Assembly: GCA_023254095.1 (NCBI GenBank)
Contig: JALNLM010000002.1
Span: 19,538-83,537, forward strand
Direction: 5' to 3'
DNA length: 64,000 nt
Origin: Candidatus Geocrenenecus huangii
GTDB taxonomy: Archaea > Thermoproteota > Nitrososphaeria_A > Caldarchaeales > Wolframiiraptoraceae
Part shown: positions 36,946 through 45,964 of the stretch, piece by piece
Layout of the letters: each line of letters begins with the position of its first letter
How positions within the stretch are numbered: the first letter of the stretch is position 1
Program-made: the position numbers and the translations under genes
Notes under the pieces: model-generated
What the model saw: the letters and a program-made list of their open reading frames with translations, nothing else
The model's database searches: none
What the model was told of the DNA's origin: nothing

Positions 36946-37281
36946 TCAGTGAATAGTATTAACAAGGTCTTGCAATAATCTCTTTGCTATTTCAAGTTCT
37001 TTCAAACCCTTCTCTGTAATATCGTAGTATCTTCGAGGCGCACCCTTACTCTTCTCGGAAACTTCTCTAGATGATATGAGGCCTTCTCTCTCGAGTTTGT
37101 AGAGTACGACATAGCAGGTTATCTTCCCAGGCTTAAACCTAAACCTCTCAAAGATCTTGTCTCTTATCTCATAACCGTATAGTGGGCCATCCCTCAATAA
37201 AGTTAGAACATATATCCAGAGATTCTCAATAGTAATTTTTCTGATGAACCTACTTATTGCTTTGCTCTCCATACCTTCCAT
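36946..37281 (-). CDS. PadR-family transcriptional regulator
   Basis: 111 aa. LLRDGPLYGYEIRDKIFERF...ITCYVVLYKLEREGLISS is the PadR wHTH signature. Confidence 0.7.
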   Translation of the reverse strand: MEGMESKAISRFIRKITIENLWIYVLTLLRDGPLYGYEIRDKIFERFRFKPGKITCYVVLYKLEREGLISSREVSEKSKGAPRRYYDITEKGLKELEIAKRLLQDLVNTIH

Positions 37282-37437
37282 ATAATTCTCATCTAAACCT
37301 TAAACCCCTCCTCTATATTTAACTTAAGAGCTCCTTCTCCATGAAGACACCTTCTATGATAAACAAACAATCTAGAGAGATTTCGTTGTCTTGTTAGGTA
37401 TTCAATTTATATAACCTAGTGCAATGATTCCGTAGGC

Positions 37438-38262
37438 ATGGACATATTAACTTTAATGCTGATTTCTATTCCGTCGGGTTTACTTGGAGCGATTGCGGGT
37501 CTGGGCGGTGGAATAGTATTGACCCCTATCTTGGTTACTTTGGGTGTCCCTATAAAGTATGCTATTGCTTCAAGTATGGTAGCTGTAATTGGAACCTCGA
37601 GTGGGTCGGCTGCAGCCTATGTTAGAGGAGGTCTAACGAATCTTAGAGTAGCTATGTTTCTAGAGATGTTCACTATCGCGGGAGCGGTTACCGGCGCAAT
37701 TCTCACAGTTTATGTTTCTTCTAAGCCTCTATACTTTGTTTTTGCATCATTCCTAATAGCATCTCTAATATTTATGAGAAAGAGAATATTAACAGAATTG
37801 CCGATCGTCAAGAAGCAGGATAGATTATCATCATGGTTGAAGCTAGAAGGCTCTTATTTTGACGAGAAGCTGGGAAGGGTTGTTGAGTACAAGATTACGA
37901 ATGCTCTCTGGGGTGGAGTAGGTATGATCTTCGCCGGGATAGCGGGAGGTATGTTAGGTATAGGTGCAGGCATATTCAAGGTGTCGATACTCGAGCTTAT
38001 AATGAAGATGCCTTCGAAGCCTTCTTCGACAACGAGCAACTTCGTAATCGGTATGACGGCGTTAGCTGGAGCAGGCGTATATCTATTCTCAGGATTAATC
38101 CAAACATATCTAGTAGCGCCAGTAATCGCCGGTATGCTGATAGGTTCCATGCTGGGAGCCAGGATCTTAAACAAGCTCAGTAGCAAGACTATAAGAATAA
38201 TCTTTGTTGCAGTTCTACTGTACTCAGTTTTTTTGATCATGTATAAGGGGTTAACATTATGA
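37438..38262 (+). CDS. TauE/SafE (DUF81, TSUP) family membrane exporter
   Basis: 274 aa. It has two internal repeats, each with the Gly-rich GLGGGIVLTPIL-type motif (GAIAGLGGGIVLTPILV; GIAGGMLGIGAGIF), and about 8 TM helices. Confidence 0.75.
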   Translation: MDILTLMLISIPSGLLGAIAGLGGGIVLTPILVTLGVPIKYAIASSMVAVIGTSSGSAAAYVRGGLTNLRVAMFLEMFTIAGAVTGAILTVYVSSKPLYFVFASFLIASLIFMRKRILTELPIVKKQDRLSSWLKLEGSYFDEKLGRVVEYKITNALWGGVGMIFAGIAGGMLGIGAGIFKVSILELIMKMPSKPSSTTSNFVIGMTALAGAGVYLFSGLIQTYLVAPVIAGMLIGSMLGARILNKLSSKTIRIIFVAVLLYSVFLIMYKGLTL

Positions 38263-38612
38263 GGGGACAAGAATCTCTTGAAAAAATTATAAGCTACATA
38301 TTAACGGTGAGCGTCTTAGTAGGCCTGACACTGTACTTTGCTGGTCTGGCATCCTACTATTTTGAAAACAAAATGTGCCTGGAGATATCAATAAATGACC
38401 AGTCATCCCTGCAACTAGATAATTTTCTTAACCAGTTTAATCAATTAAATTCTTACATAGTACTATCAACTAGTATATTGGTGGTTATGTTTACCCCATA
38501 CATTAGAGTTCTCACATCAATAATCTACTTCCTAAAAAACAAGGATTACAAATATTCGGTCTTGGCCCTCTTCGTCTTTTCAGCATTAACAATACTCTTT
38601 TTGATACGGTAA
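38259..38612 (+). CDS. Small membrane protein (DUF1634-like partner commonly following TauE genes)
   Basis: 117 aa with 2-3 TM helices. Its start overlaps the TauE stop by 4 nt (ATGA), suggesting translational coupling. Confidence 0.4.
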   Translation: MRGQESLEKIISYILTVSVLVGLTLYFAGLASYYFENKMCLEISINDQSSLQLDNFLNQFNQLNSYIVLSTSILVVMFTPYIRVLTSIIYFLKNKDYKYSVLALFVFSALTILFLIR

Positions 38613-38678
38613 AGAAGCAATAGTTCCATGATGAAATCACGTATGGAAAAGATCTAGATATTAAATTACTGAATATGG

Positions 38679-39377
38679 TTATGAATGGACAGACATTTTT
38701 CTAATAATAATGACGGTGAGCATTCTAATATGCGTAAATATTATTCCGACGACGCTTAACCTAAATTTTTCTAAAAGATTGATTAGATCGCATTTGTCTA
38801 AAATATCCAAATGATTGTACCTCCATACTTTTCCAACAGAATTCACCCAGAGAAACCATATTATCTTGAAGAGTCGGCTTCGGGAATTCGGAATCATCAG
38901 TATTGTTTTTCCCGCTATCCTTAGACACCTAGAAATCTCTTCAAGACATCTAATTGGATACGGGAGGTGCTCTAAGACCTCTATACATGTAATCAGATCT
39001 ATACTCCTGTCTCTGAAGGGGAGGCTTTGAGCGTCTGCAATTATGAAAGAGATCTGCTTATATTTTCTGGAGGCATATTTCACAGCAGCTTCATGTACAT
39101 CTATCCCAATAATTATTGAACCATTGGCTTCTGAAAATATTTTATTGGTTATGGTTCCCGAATTACACCCTATGTCTAGGATTACCTTATCTACTCTACT
39201 ACTTACTTGACCGATGCATAACCTCAGTATGTTAACTCTATGTTGATGCCATAATAATTGTAATGGAAATATAGGGTTCTCATAATAATCTATTGGGACA
39301 GCCTCATGAGATTTTTTCATCTTCTCAATGTTAGATGTTTTTAAAATATTGCTATTTTTCTCCTCATTATTGCTCAA
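38679..39377 (-). CDS. Class I SAM-dependent methyltransferase
   Basis: 232 aa. ILDIGCNSGTIT is motif I (GxGxG), and DLITCIEVLEHLPYP is the motif III/post-II region of the Methyltransf_11/12 type. Confidence 0.75.
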   Translation of the reverse strand: MSNNEEKNSNILKTSNIEKMKKSHEAVPIDYYENPIFPLQLLWHQHRVNILRLCIGQVSSRVDKVILDIGCNSGTITNKIFSEANGSIIIGIDVHEAAVKYASRKYKQISFIIADAQSLPFRDRSIDLITCIEVLEHLPYPIRCLEEISRCLRIAGKTILMIPNSRSRLFKIIWFLWVNSVGKVWRYNHLDILDKCDLINLLEKFRLSVVGIIFTHIRMLTVIIIRKMSVHS

Positions 39378-39586
39378 GAATTCTTCCTTACGTTGTTTTC
39401 TTCCTTAAGCATTTATAAATTTTTCTATTCTTTTCATGAGGACTTTCTAGAACATTCACGGAGATGGATGAAGCATACACGATACAAAATATAATTGTTG
39501 AAACATTATAATAGTTGGGAATACTCGTTAGAATTTATCAAGATTAAAGATTTTAAGAGCATAAAGAATAAATAAGAACAGAAGCT

Positions 39587-40813
39587 ATGGATAAGAAGTA
39601 TCCAAAGGAAATATGTGGAATCGTAGGAAAAGCTAACGTCGGTAAGAGTACGTTATTCTCAGCTATGACTCTCGCTCCAGTCGAGATCGGTAATTATCCT
39701 TTCACAACCATTAAACCCAATAGAGGAGTTACCTACCTAAGAATAAACTGCGTATGCAGAGAACTAAACGTTAAGGATAATCCAAAGAATAGTAAATGTA
39801 TAGACGGTAACAGATTTATCCCAATCGAGCTCATAGACTGCCCTGGCATAATTAGGGGAGCACATAAGGGAAGAGGTCTCGGCTTAAAATTCTTGGATGA
39901 GATTAGGCAAGCTTCAGCATTAATAGTTGTTGCCGATGCTGCGGGAGCAACAGACTCAGATGGCAACCCCGTAGAACCTGGTACAGGAGAACCTGTTGAA
40001 GATGTTAAGATCGTTGAAGAGGAAGTCTCCCATTGGGTGACAGATATACTCTATATGGACTGGCCAAGAATATGTAGAATCGTCGAGAATAGATTCGGAG
40101 AGCTTGATGAGGAATTATGGAAGAAACTTTCAGGACTTGGGATATCGATAGAGTCTATAAGAGAAGTTGCTACAGAGCTGGGCTTGAATCATCATCGGCC
40201 ATCTCAATGGACCATAGAGAAGCTTTATGATTTCTCATCAATACTGATAAAGAAAGAGAAACCGATAATTGTTGCAGCAAATAAAATCGATATGAAAGAA
40301 GCTAGAAGAGGGGTTGAGAAGTTAAAGAATGCGGGGTACAATGTTATTCCTACAAGCGGTGAAGCTGAGAGAATTCTAAGATTAGCTTCAGAGAAAGGTT
40401 TTATCAATTATCTTCCAGGAGATAGAGAATTCAAGGTTCTAGATGAATCAAAGCTTACAAATGCTCAGAAGAAAGCTCTCGAGAAGATTTATGAAACTGT
40501 TTTTAAACCATGGGGTTCGACAGGAGTCCAAGAACTCGTAAACACAGCATACTTTAACCTACTCCAGTATATCCCAGTATATCCTGTTGAAGATCCGGAG
40601 AAACTTTCAGATCATGATGGAAACGTTTTACCAGATGTGTACTTGGTCCGTAAAGGGTCTAAACCTAGAGAATTAGCATACAAGATACATACCGACCTTG
40701 GGAGAACATTCCTATACGCTATAGATGCTAAAAAGAAAATTAGAGTTGGAGAAGAATACCAACTGAGATGGGGGGACATAATCTCCATAGTTTCAGCAGC
40801 CAAAGAAGCTTAG
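39587..40813 (+). CDS. Obg-family GTPase with C-terminal TGS domain (DRG/Ygr210-like)
   Basis: 408 aa. GIVGKANVGKSTLFSAMT is the G1 motif, NYPFTTIKPNRGV the G2 region, and DCPGII the G3 motif. The C-terminal TGS domain is ELAYKIHTDLGRTFLYAIDAKKKIRVGEEYQLRWGDIISIV. Confidence 0.75.
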   Translation: MDKKYPKEICGIVGKANVGKSTLFSAMTLAPVEIGNYPFTTIKPNRGVTYLRINCVCRELNVKDNPKNSKCIDGNRFIPIELIDCPGIIRGAHKGRGLGLKFLDEIRQASALIVVADAAGATDSDGNPVEPGTGEPVEDVKIVEEEVSHWVTDILYMDWPRICRIVENRFGELDEELWKKLSGLGISIESIREVATELGLNHHRPSQWTIEKLYDFSSILIKKEKPIIVAANKIDMKEARRGVEKLKNAGYNVIPTSGEAERILRLASEKGFINYLPGDREFKVLDESKLTNAQKKALEKIYETVFKPWGSTGVQELVNTAYFNLLQYIPVYPVEDPEKLSDHDGNVLPDVYLVRKGSKPRELAYKIHTDLGRTFLYAIDAKKKIRVGEEYQLRWGDIISIVSAAKEA

Positions 40814-40825
40814 AGTAATAAGATT

Positions 40826-41194
40826 CTAAGGGTTAACTTCTCTGAGGTATTTCTCCGAGTAGTATCCCCACTCTTTCTTTGACCCAAAGCTTCTTACACC
40901 ATACATTTTCACTTGCTCTCTTAGTCTTTCCGCTTCTTCACTAGTTATCTCTCTTCTTCTCTCTAGGTAATCTATCACTACCAATGCCTCACCATCATTT
41001 TCACATCTTCTAAGATAATCTATTGGAGTTGGAAGAGATGGGGCATCTCTGCTTTTTCTAGCTTCTTCTTCACCTTCCTCTATTGATGTTCTCGCCTCAT
41101 CTATTCGTAGCCTCATTTTCTTCTCGACGATCTCTCGGTAAAGGTTGGGGAAAAGCTTCTTGAAGGTTTTCTCATCTAATTCCATTACTTCCAC
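40826..41194 (-). CDS. Conserved hypothetical protein (charged, helical)
   Basis: 122 aa. Its start overlaps the upstream nucleotidyltransferase-domain gene by 10 nt. No family recognised with confidence. Confidence 0.4.
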   Translation of the reverse strand: MEVMELDEKTFKKLFPNLYREIVEKKMRLRIDEARTSIEEGEEEARKSRDAPSLPTPIDYLRRCENDGEALVVIDYLERRREITSEEAERLREQVKMYGVRSFGSKKEWGYYSEKYLREVNP

Positions 41195-41802
41195 CTAGGT
41201 ATGAACAATCTTAAAGGCTCATCCCCCATTATTTTCTTTAGCTCGGTAAGTGTTAAGCCTTTCTTTAAGTCTCCGTAAACGTCGCATCTGGAAGGATTCA
41301 GGTAAGCTGTATGTTCTTTCAGTATGATCTCGGCATCATACTCTTTCTCTGTTTTTATCTTTATCTTTACCACGCTTCCTTCTCTAAGAGGTTCAGGTAG
41401 ATCTACTTCTTCGATCCCTAAGATCTCGAATCGACTTTCTCTAAGTTTTTCAAGCACTATTTCAGGTTCTTCGCAATCTACCTCGATATCGATATCACTG
41501 TTCGGCTTAACTATTCCTCTCCACACGCTTCCAACCAATCTAGGGTTAAAATCCGAAAGTGTCTCCATAAGTCTTAAAGCCTCATTTCTCATATCAATTA
41601 GCCTCTTCCAGTATTCTTGACTCTCGGATTCTAGTGCCACCTCTAGCAGTTTCAGAGCTACTTCAAAATTCTTTGGAAAAACCTTTGTACCAAATTCTTG
41701 TGCCGCTATCTTCTTTGCCTCAATATATTCTTGTGCTCTCCCACTATAGAGGATCTGTGCTGCATGCTTAGCTATTTTTTCTCTAAGAGCTCTCTTAGAC
41801 AT
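41185..41802 (-). CDS. Nucleotidyltransferase-domain protein (Pol-beta-like minimal NTase fold)
   Basis: 205 aa. GSVWRGIVKPNSDIDIEV is the G[SG]x9-13Dx[DE] NTase motif. The start overlaps the S3Ae gene by 8 nt. Confidence 0.55.
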   Translation of the reverse strand: MSKRALREKIAKHAAQILYSGRAQEYIEAKKIAAQEFGTKVFPKNFEVALKLLEVALESESQEYWKRLIDMRNEALRLMETLSDFNPRLVGSVWRGIVKPNSDIDIEVDCEEPEIVLEKLRESRFEILGIEEVDLPEPLREGSVVKIKIKTEKEYDAEIILKEHTAYLNPSRCDVYGDLKKGLTLTELKKIMGDEPLRLFIPRWK

Positions 41803-42454
41803 CGCTGGATCCAGATACAGAAGAAACCGCCTCTTCTACTCTTTTACCTTCATAAACCCATTCTGGAATCTTTAACACCTTTGACTTGACTATGCCTACA
41901 TGTCTTAGTAAGGTAATCTTTTTTGCTTCTTGGAATATGTCGGATGCTGTCTTCCCTAAAACCATTTCTTGAGCTAGCTGGTCGTGTGTCAGATTCCTTG
42001 AAGCTTCTTCTAGGATCTTCTGCATTATCTTCCTTATCATTCTAACTTTTAAGCAGTGGGGAGTTAGACGCCTAACTGTAAAAGCTATAGCCTGTGCCCT
42101 TAATTTGAACCCATCCTTAGTCGTTAAATTGAAGGTTCCCTCTATTCTTGTTGTACCTCTTCTTACTAAGCTACGGAGAAACTCTCTACCATATTCATGT
42201 CCATAGAAGATGGTTTCAGCAATCATGTCTTCTTTCACCCTCACAATCTTGAATCTTATTAGCAGATACTGTTTTGCGAAGTCACCCGTTAGATTGTATA
42301 AACTTGCCCAAAGGGTTCTACCGATAGCCTCTCCAGGCTCGTTTACCAAAGTAGTACCTATTTCCTTATATCCAAAATATTCAGGAGAATATACGGTGAC
42401 GACCTGTTTAGGCCCCTTTTTTTCTACGTTCTTCTTCTTCGACATCAAAATCAT
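41795..42454 (-). CDS. rps3ae: 30S ribosomal protein S3Ae (eS1)
   Basis: 219 aa. It has the conserved eS1 core LLIRFKIVRVKEDMIAETIFYGHEYGREFLRSLVRRGTTRIEG. Confidence 0.85.
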   Translation of the reverse strand: MILMSKKKNVEKKGPKQVVTVYSPEYFGYKEIGTTLVNEPGEAIGRTLWASLYNLTGDFAKQYLLIRFKIVRVKEDMIAETIFYGHEYGREFLRSLVRRGTTRIEGTFNLTTKDGFKLRAQAIAFTVRRLTPHCLKVRMIRKIMQKILEEASRNLTHDQLAQEMVLGKTASDIFQEAKKITLLRHVGIVKSKVLKIPEWVYEGKRVEEAVSSVSGSSDV

Positions 42455-42635
42455 TTCTCATCTGGCTTCAATAAGAGGATTGACGTTTTAAGAGAAGGCT
42501 TATTCAATAAGGCTTATATACAACACTTTCATCGACAGGACTAAAATTCTAGGTCCCCCGATCTATACAAGCTTATGTATTGGAAAAAAGTTTTATGATA
42601 TAAAACTTATAAAAAACACTAACCAATAAAAAGGC

Positions 42636-43694
42636 ATGCTAGGAAAACCTGATCGTGTAAATTCAACTAGTTTATTGTTGATGTTTTTACTCATATCTCT
42701 GCAGGTTGCTCCATGTACTTTATCGCTTTCTGAGGAATCCATAAATGATGAGAAAATAGTTGTTTTAACGGTTATTGAGCAGTTAGCTTCAGTAGTGAAG
42801 GAAGTTGGTGGAGAAAGGGTTAAAGTAGAATCGATTATCCCCTCAAATGTTGACCCACATCATTATGAACCTTCTCTAGATATCATTATTAAAACCCTGT
42901 CGCAAGCCGACATCATAGTAACCACTGCCCAACATCATTTCCCAGTCGAAGAAAAAATTCATCAAATCGTTAGTGAAGGATTGATAAAAGTAAGAGTGCT
43001 AAGTATATCAGACTATGAGAAAACTGGCTTAAGATTGTTAAGAAATCCTAAGACGAATGATTTCAATATTCATGGTTTCCATTTATCTATTGGTGGTCTT
43101 AGAGCGATAGCATTAGCGGTAGTTGAAGAATTAGCAATTATTGATAAAGTTAACAGTCTATACTATTATGAGAGATTGAATACCTATCTAGGCAACTTAG
43201 AAAAAATAGAGAGGACAATCAGTTTGTTACTAAAAGATAAAAGAGGTATCAAGGTCCTCCTGTATACTCCTCTACTACAATATGTTGTTGAAGATTTAGG
43301 ATTGGGGATAACAAGTATCGTTGTAAGCGAATTGGATGTAGAGCCTACCGAGAAAGATGTTTCAGAGATGCTGAGGAGTCTAGGTGGTGGAGAAGCAGAT
43401 TACATGTTAATCTCTGATATAGAAGTTTCACAGAATCCTAAGCTGATAGAATTACTGGATAGACAAAGCTTACCATATGTTATTGTACCGTTAAGCCGGT
43501 TTACCGAAACACCGCAGCTAGTTTCTCTATCCACAGCAGTACTCATATCTTCGTACATCCCAACGAGTAGTGAAAGCTTGATAGGCTTTTCCCATTATAG
43601 TCTATTATTAATATTTTCTATTATTGCCAACGTAATATTCTTAATCATAATCATTCTACTAGTGATCAAGGAGAAGAAGCATCATGGTGAATGA
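42636..43694 (+). CDS. Metal (Zn/Mn-type) ABC transporter substrate-binding protein, cluster A-I/ZnuA-TroA-like, with C-terminal TM anchor
   Basis: 352 aa. An N-terminal signal/hydrophobic segment precedes the ZnuA-like fold (NVDPHHYEPSLDII metal-ligand region). A C-terminal hydrophobic helix (IIANVIFLIIIILLVI) comes before a short basic tail. Confidence 0.7.
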   Translation: MLGKPDRVNSTSLLLMFLLISLQVAPCTLSLSEESINDEKIVVLTVIEQLASVVKEVGGERVKVESIIPSNVDPHHYEPSLDIIIKTLSQADIIVTTAQHHFPVEEKIHQIVSEGLIKVRVLSISDYEKTGLRLLRNPKTNDFNIHGFHLSIGGLRAIALAVVEELAIIDKVNSLYYYERLNTYLGNLEKIERTISLLLKDKRGIKVLLYTPLLQYVVEDLGLGITSIVVSELDVEPTEKDVSEMLRSLGGGEADYMLISDIEVSQNPKLIELLDRQSLPYVIVPLSRFTETPQLVSLSTAVLISSYIPTSSESLIGFSHYSLLLIFSIIANVIFLIIIILLVIKEKKHHGE

Positions 43695-44451
43695 ATTACT
43701 AGTTGAGAATTTAACAGTGCTCTACGATGGGTTAACAGCTTTAGAAAATGTATCATTTACTCTAGACTCTCCTTTTTTCACAGTCGTCATGGGGCCGAAT
43801 GGCGCTGGTAAGACAACATTACTTAAAACGATTCTTGGATTAGTTAAACCTGCCTCAGGAAATATAAGAGTTTATGGTCTTAACGTCTTCAAAGAGAATA
43901 AGAAAATTAAACATCTGGCAGGATACATACCTCAAGTTATTAACATAAATCTCCATATACCTATGACTGTAAAAGAGGTCGTGGGAATGGGTGCATTGAG
44001 TAAAACTTTTCCACCAAGGATCCTAGACAAGAAGACTGAAGAAGAAGTGGAGAGAACTCTTAGATTGGTTGAGCTTGAAAATTACTCAGAGAAAGAATTC
44101 AAGACATTAAGCGGTGGGGAAAGACAGAGGGTTCTTATTGCTAGAGCATTGATCAAGAAACCTAGGCTTCTCCTACTCGATGAGCCTTTCTCGATGCTAG
44201 ACTTTGATATAAAATGTGATATTGCGAACCTATTGGTCAAGCTTCACAGAGAGATGAATGTTGACGTGCTTTTGGTGGCTCACGAAATAAGCCCATGTAT
44301 TTCATTCGAGCCGGAAGTAATCTTGCTGAATAAGAAAGTCTATGCTGTGGGTAGAGCAGCTGATGTTCTCCGATTGGATATCCTGAGAAAAGCTTATCCA
44401 GGCGTAACCGAGCTTCCGCAAGGATTTATCATAGGTGAGGATCATGCTTGA
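43684..44451 (+). CDS. Metal ABC transporter ATP-binding protein (ZnuC-like)
   Basis: 255 aa. GPNGAGKTTLLK is Walker A, LSGGERQRV the ABC signature, and LLLLDEP Walker B. Confidence 0.85.
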   Translation: MVNELLVENLTVLYDGLTALENVSFTLDSPFFTVVMGPNGAGKTTLLKTILGLVKPASGNIRVYGLNVFKENKKIKHLAGYIPQVININLHIPMTVKEVVGMGALSKTFPPRILDKKTEEEVERTLRLVELENYSEKEFKTLSGGERQRVLIARALIKKPRLLLLDEPFSMLDFDIKCDIANLLVKLHREMNVDVLLVAHEISPCISFEPEVILLNKKVYAVGRAADVLRLDILRKAYPGVTELPQGFIIGEDHA

Positions 44452-45250
44452 ATTCTTCATCTTAAGTTACTCTGTAGCATCTCTCAGCGGGTTGCTGGTA
44501 GGCTCTGTAAGTAATATCTTAAGTACTTCTAGAAGTATAACATTTGGGTTAACGATGCTCCACGCGATCCTTGGTGGAAGTCTACTAGGAGTCTACCTTA
44601 ACTTAATCTTTAATCTTGATCTGCCTATCCCGCTAATCTCTACTCTAGTAGCTATATGCTTATCTATTATGGTGGGAGAGCTGGTTGAGAAAGGGTTCTC
44701 TGAAGATATGTCGATCGCATTTACTGTATCTATCGCTACAACGATGACTATCGTTTTCGGATATCTTTCAAGCCAGATATCCAGTATAGCTCTAGCTAGG
44801 GCCTGGTCCTACATTGCTGGAACATCCGCTATAAGCACTTTCCAAGACTTACTTAAATTAGCCATAACTTTATTTATAGTATTGCCGATAACACATTTGT
44901 TTTTCAGAGAATTCAAATACATAGCTTTCGATGAGGATGGGTCAAAAGCCTTGGGTCTAAACATAAGAGTCTACAGGTACATGTTTTACAGTCTTGCAGC
45001 GATCTCTGCCTCAGTACTGTCTTCGACAATAGGGGTCTTAGCTACACATGTAGTACTATCTGTCCCTGGATTTCTAATTCTCAAATTCTCCAAAAGATTA
45101 AGTATTGCTTTTACCTATCTATCTTCAGTTAGCATAATGATTCTGGGATATTATTTAGCAAGCCTTTTATCTATTCCTCCAAGCGGCGGAGTAGGGCTAG
45201 TATCGATAGTTGCTGTCCTAGGAGTGGTAGTATATGGAAGACGATATTAA
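44435..45250 (+). CDS. Metal ABC transporter permease (ABC-3/ZnuB-like)
   Basis: 271 aa, polytopic. It overlaps the ATPase gene by 17 nt. Topology and length match ABC-3 family permeases. Confidence 0.75.
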   Translation: MRIMLEFFILSYSVASLSGLLVGSVSNILSTSRSITFGLTMLHAILGGSLLGVYLNLIFNLDLPIPLISTLVAICLSIMVGELVEKGFSEDMSIAFTVSIATTMTIVFGYLSSQISSIALARAWSYIAGTSAISTFQDLLKLAITLFIVLPITHLFFREFKYIAFDEDGSKALGLNIRVYRYMFYSLAAISASVLSSTIGVLATHVVLSVPGFLILKFSKRLSIAFTYLSSVSIMILGYYLASLLSIPPSGGVGLVSIVAVLGVVVYGRRY

Positions 45251-45683
45251 GATTAGTCTTAGAGAATTGGATTACCTTCTAGCCATATTCAAGAAGTCTA
45301 GGGGGTCTGGATATGCTAGAAACAAACATGTTGTAGAAGAACTCGGAGTCTCTAAGTCTACGGCATCTCTGATGATTAAGAAGTTACGGAGAATAGGGTT
45401 AGTCTGTGGTAGTAGAAAGCTTAAGCTAACAAGTGTAGGTGAAGATATATTGATAGAGAAGTTCTGGAAGCATGGAGTTATAGAGAATGCATTACATCGC
45501 CTGGGGATCCCTCTGGATGAATCGTGTAGATTAAGCTGGAGGATTGAGCCTCTACTATCGAGAGAACTCGTTGAACACATATGGAAGACATTAGACGAGC
45601 CTAGTAGATGCCCATGCGGAATAAATCTCCCAGATAAGAGATCAAGCAAATCATTAAGAGAATACAATATATGCATTGCTTAG
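45234..45683 (+). CDS. DtxR/MntR-family metal-dependent transcriptional repressor
   Basis: 149 aa. The N-terminal wHTH is ELGVSKSTASLMIKKLRRIGLV. The C-terminal dimerisation/metal-binding region has a Cys/His cluster (SRCPCGINL). It is co-directional with, and overlaps, the metal ABC transporter operon. Confidence 0.65.
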   Translation: MEDDIKISLRELDYLLAIFKKSRGSGYARNKHVVEELGVSKSTASLMIKKLRRIGLVCGSRKLKLTSVGEDILIEKFWKHGVIENALHRLGIPLDESCRLSWRIEPLLSRELVEHIWKTLDEPSRCPCGINLPDKRSSKSLREYNICIA

Positions 45684-45964
45684 CCTTTATGGGAGATAGA
45701 TCTGATGGAGTTCAAGACAAGTTTTATCATGGATAATATATCGTCCAGGGTTGTAAGAAGAGATAAGATAGTCCTATCGGAGTTGACGTAGACTTCAAGT
45801 TTTTCTCCTTCAACCTTCATGTTCAGTTCGAGGCCTCTTGGAAGTGGATAGTTGTCGGGATATATAGATTTCAAAACAATCTCGGCTTCTTCAGCAGTTT
45901 CGAAATACAGCTCCATCCTCGCATAAGTTTTAACTTGCGAGTACTTCTCCGACAATGGAGTCAA
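45680..45964 (-). CDS. Small conserved protein, possibly KEOPS subunit Pcc1-like
   Basis: 94 aa. MELYFETAEEAEIVLKSIYPDN...VNSDRTILSLLTTLDDILSMIKL resembles the Pcc1 fold pattern. The assignment is tentative. Confidence 0.35.
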   Translation of the reverse strand: MTPLSEKYSQVKTYARMELYFETAEEAEIVLKSIYPDNYPLPRGLELNMKVEGEKLEVYVNSDRTILSLLTTLDDILSMIKLVLNSIRSISHKG

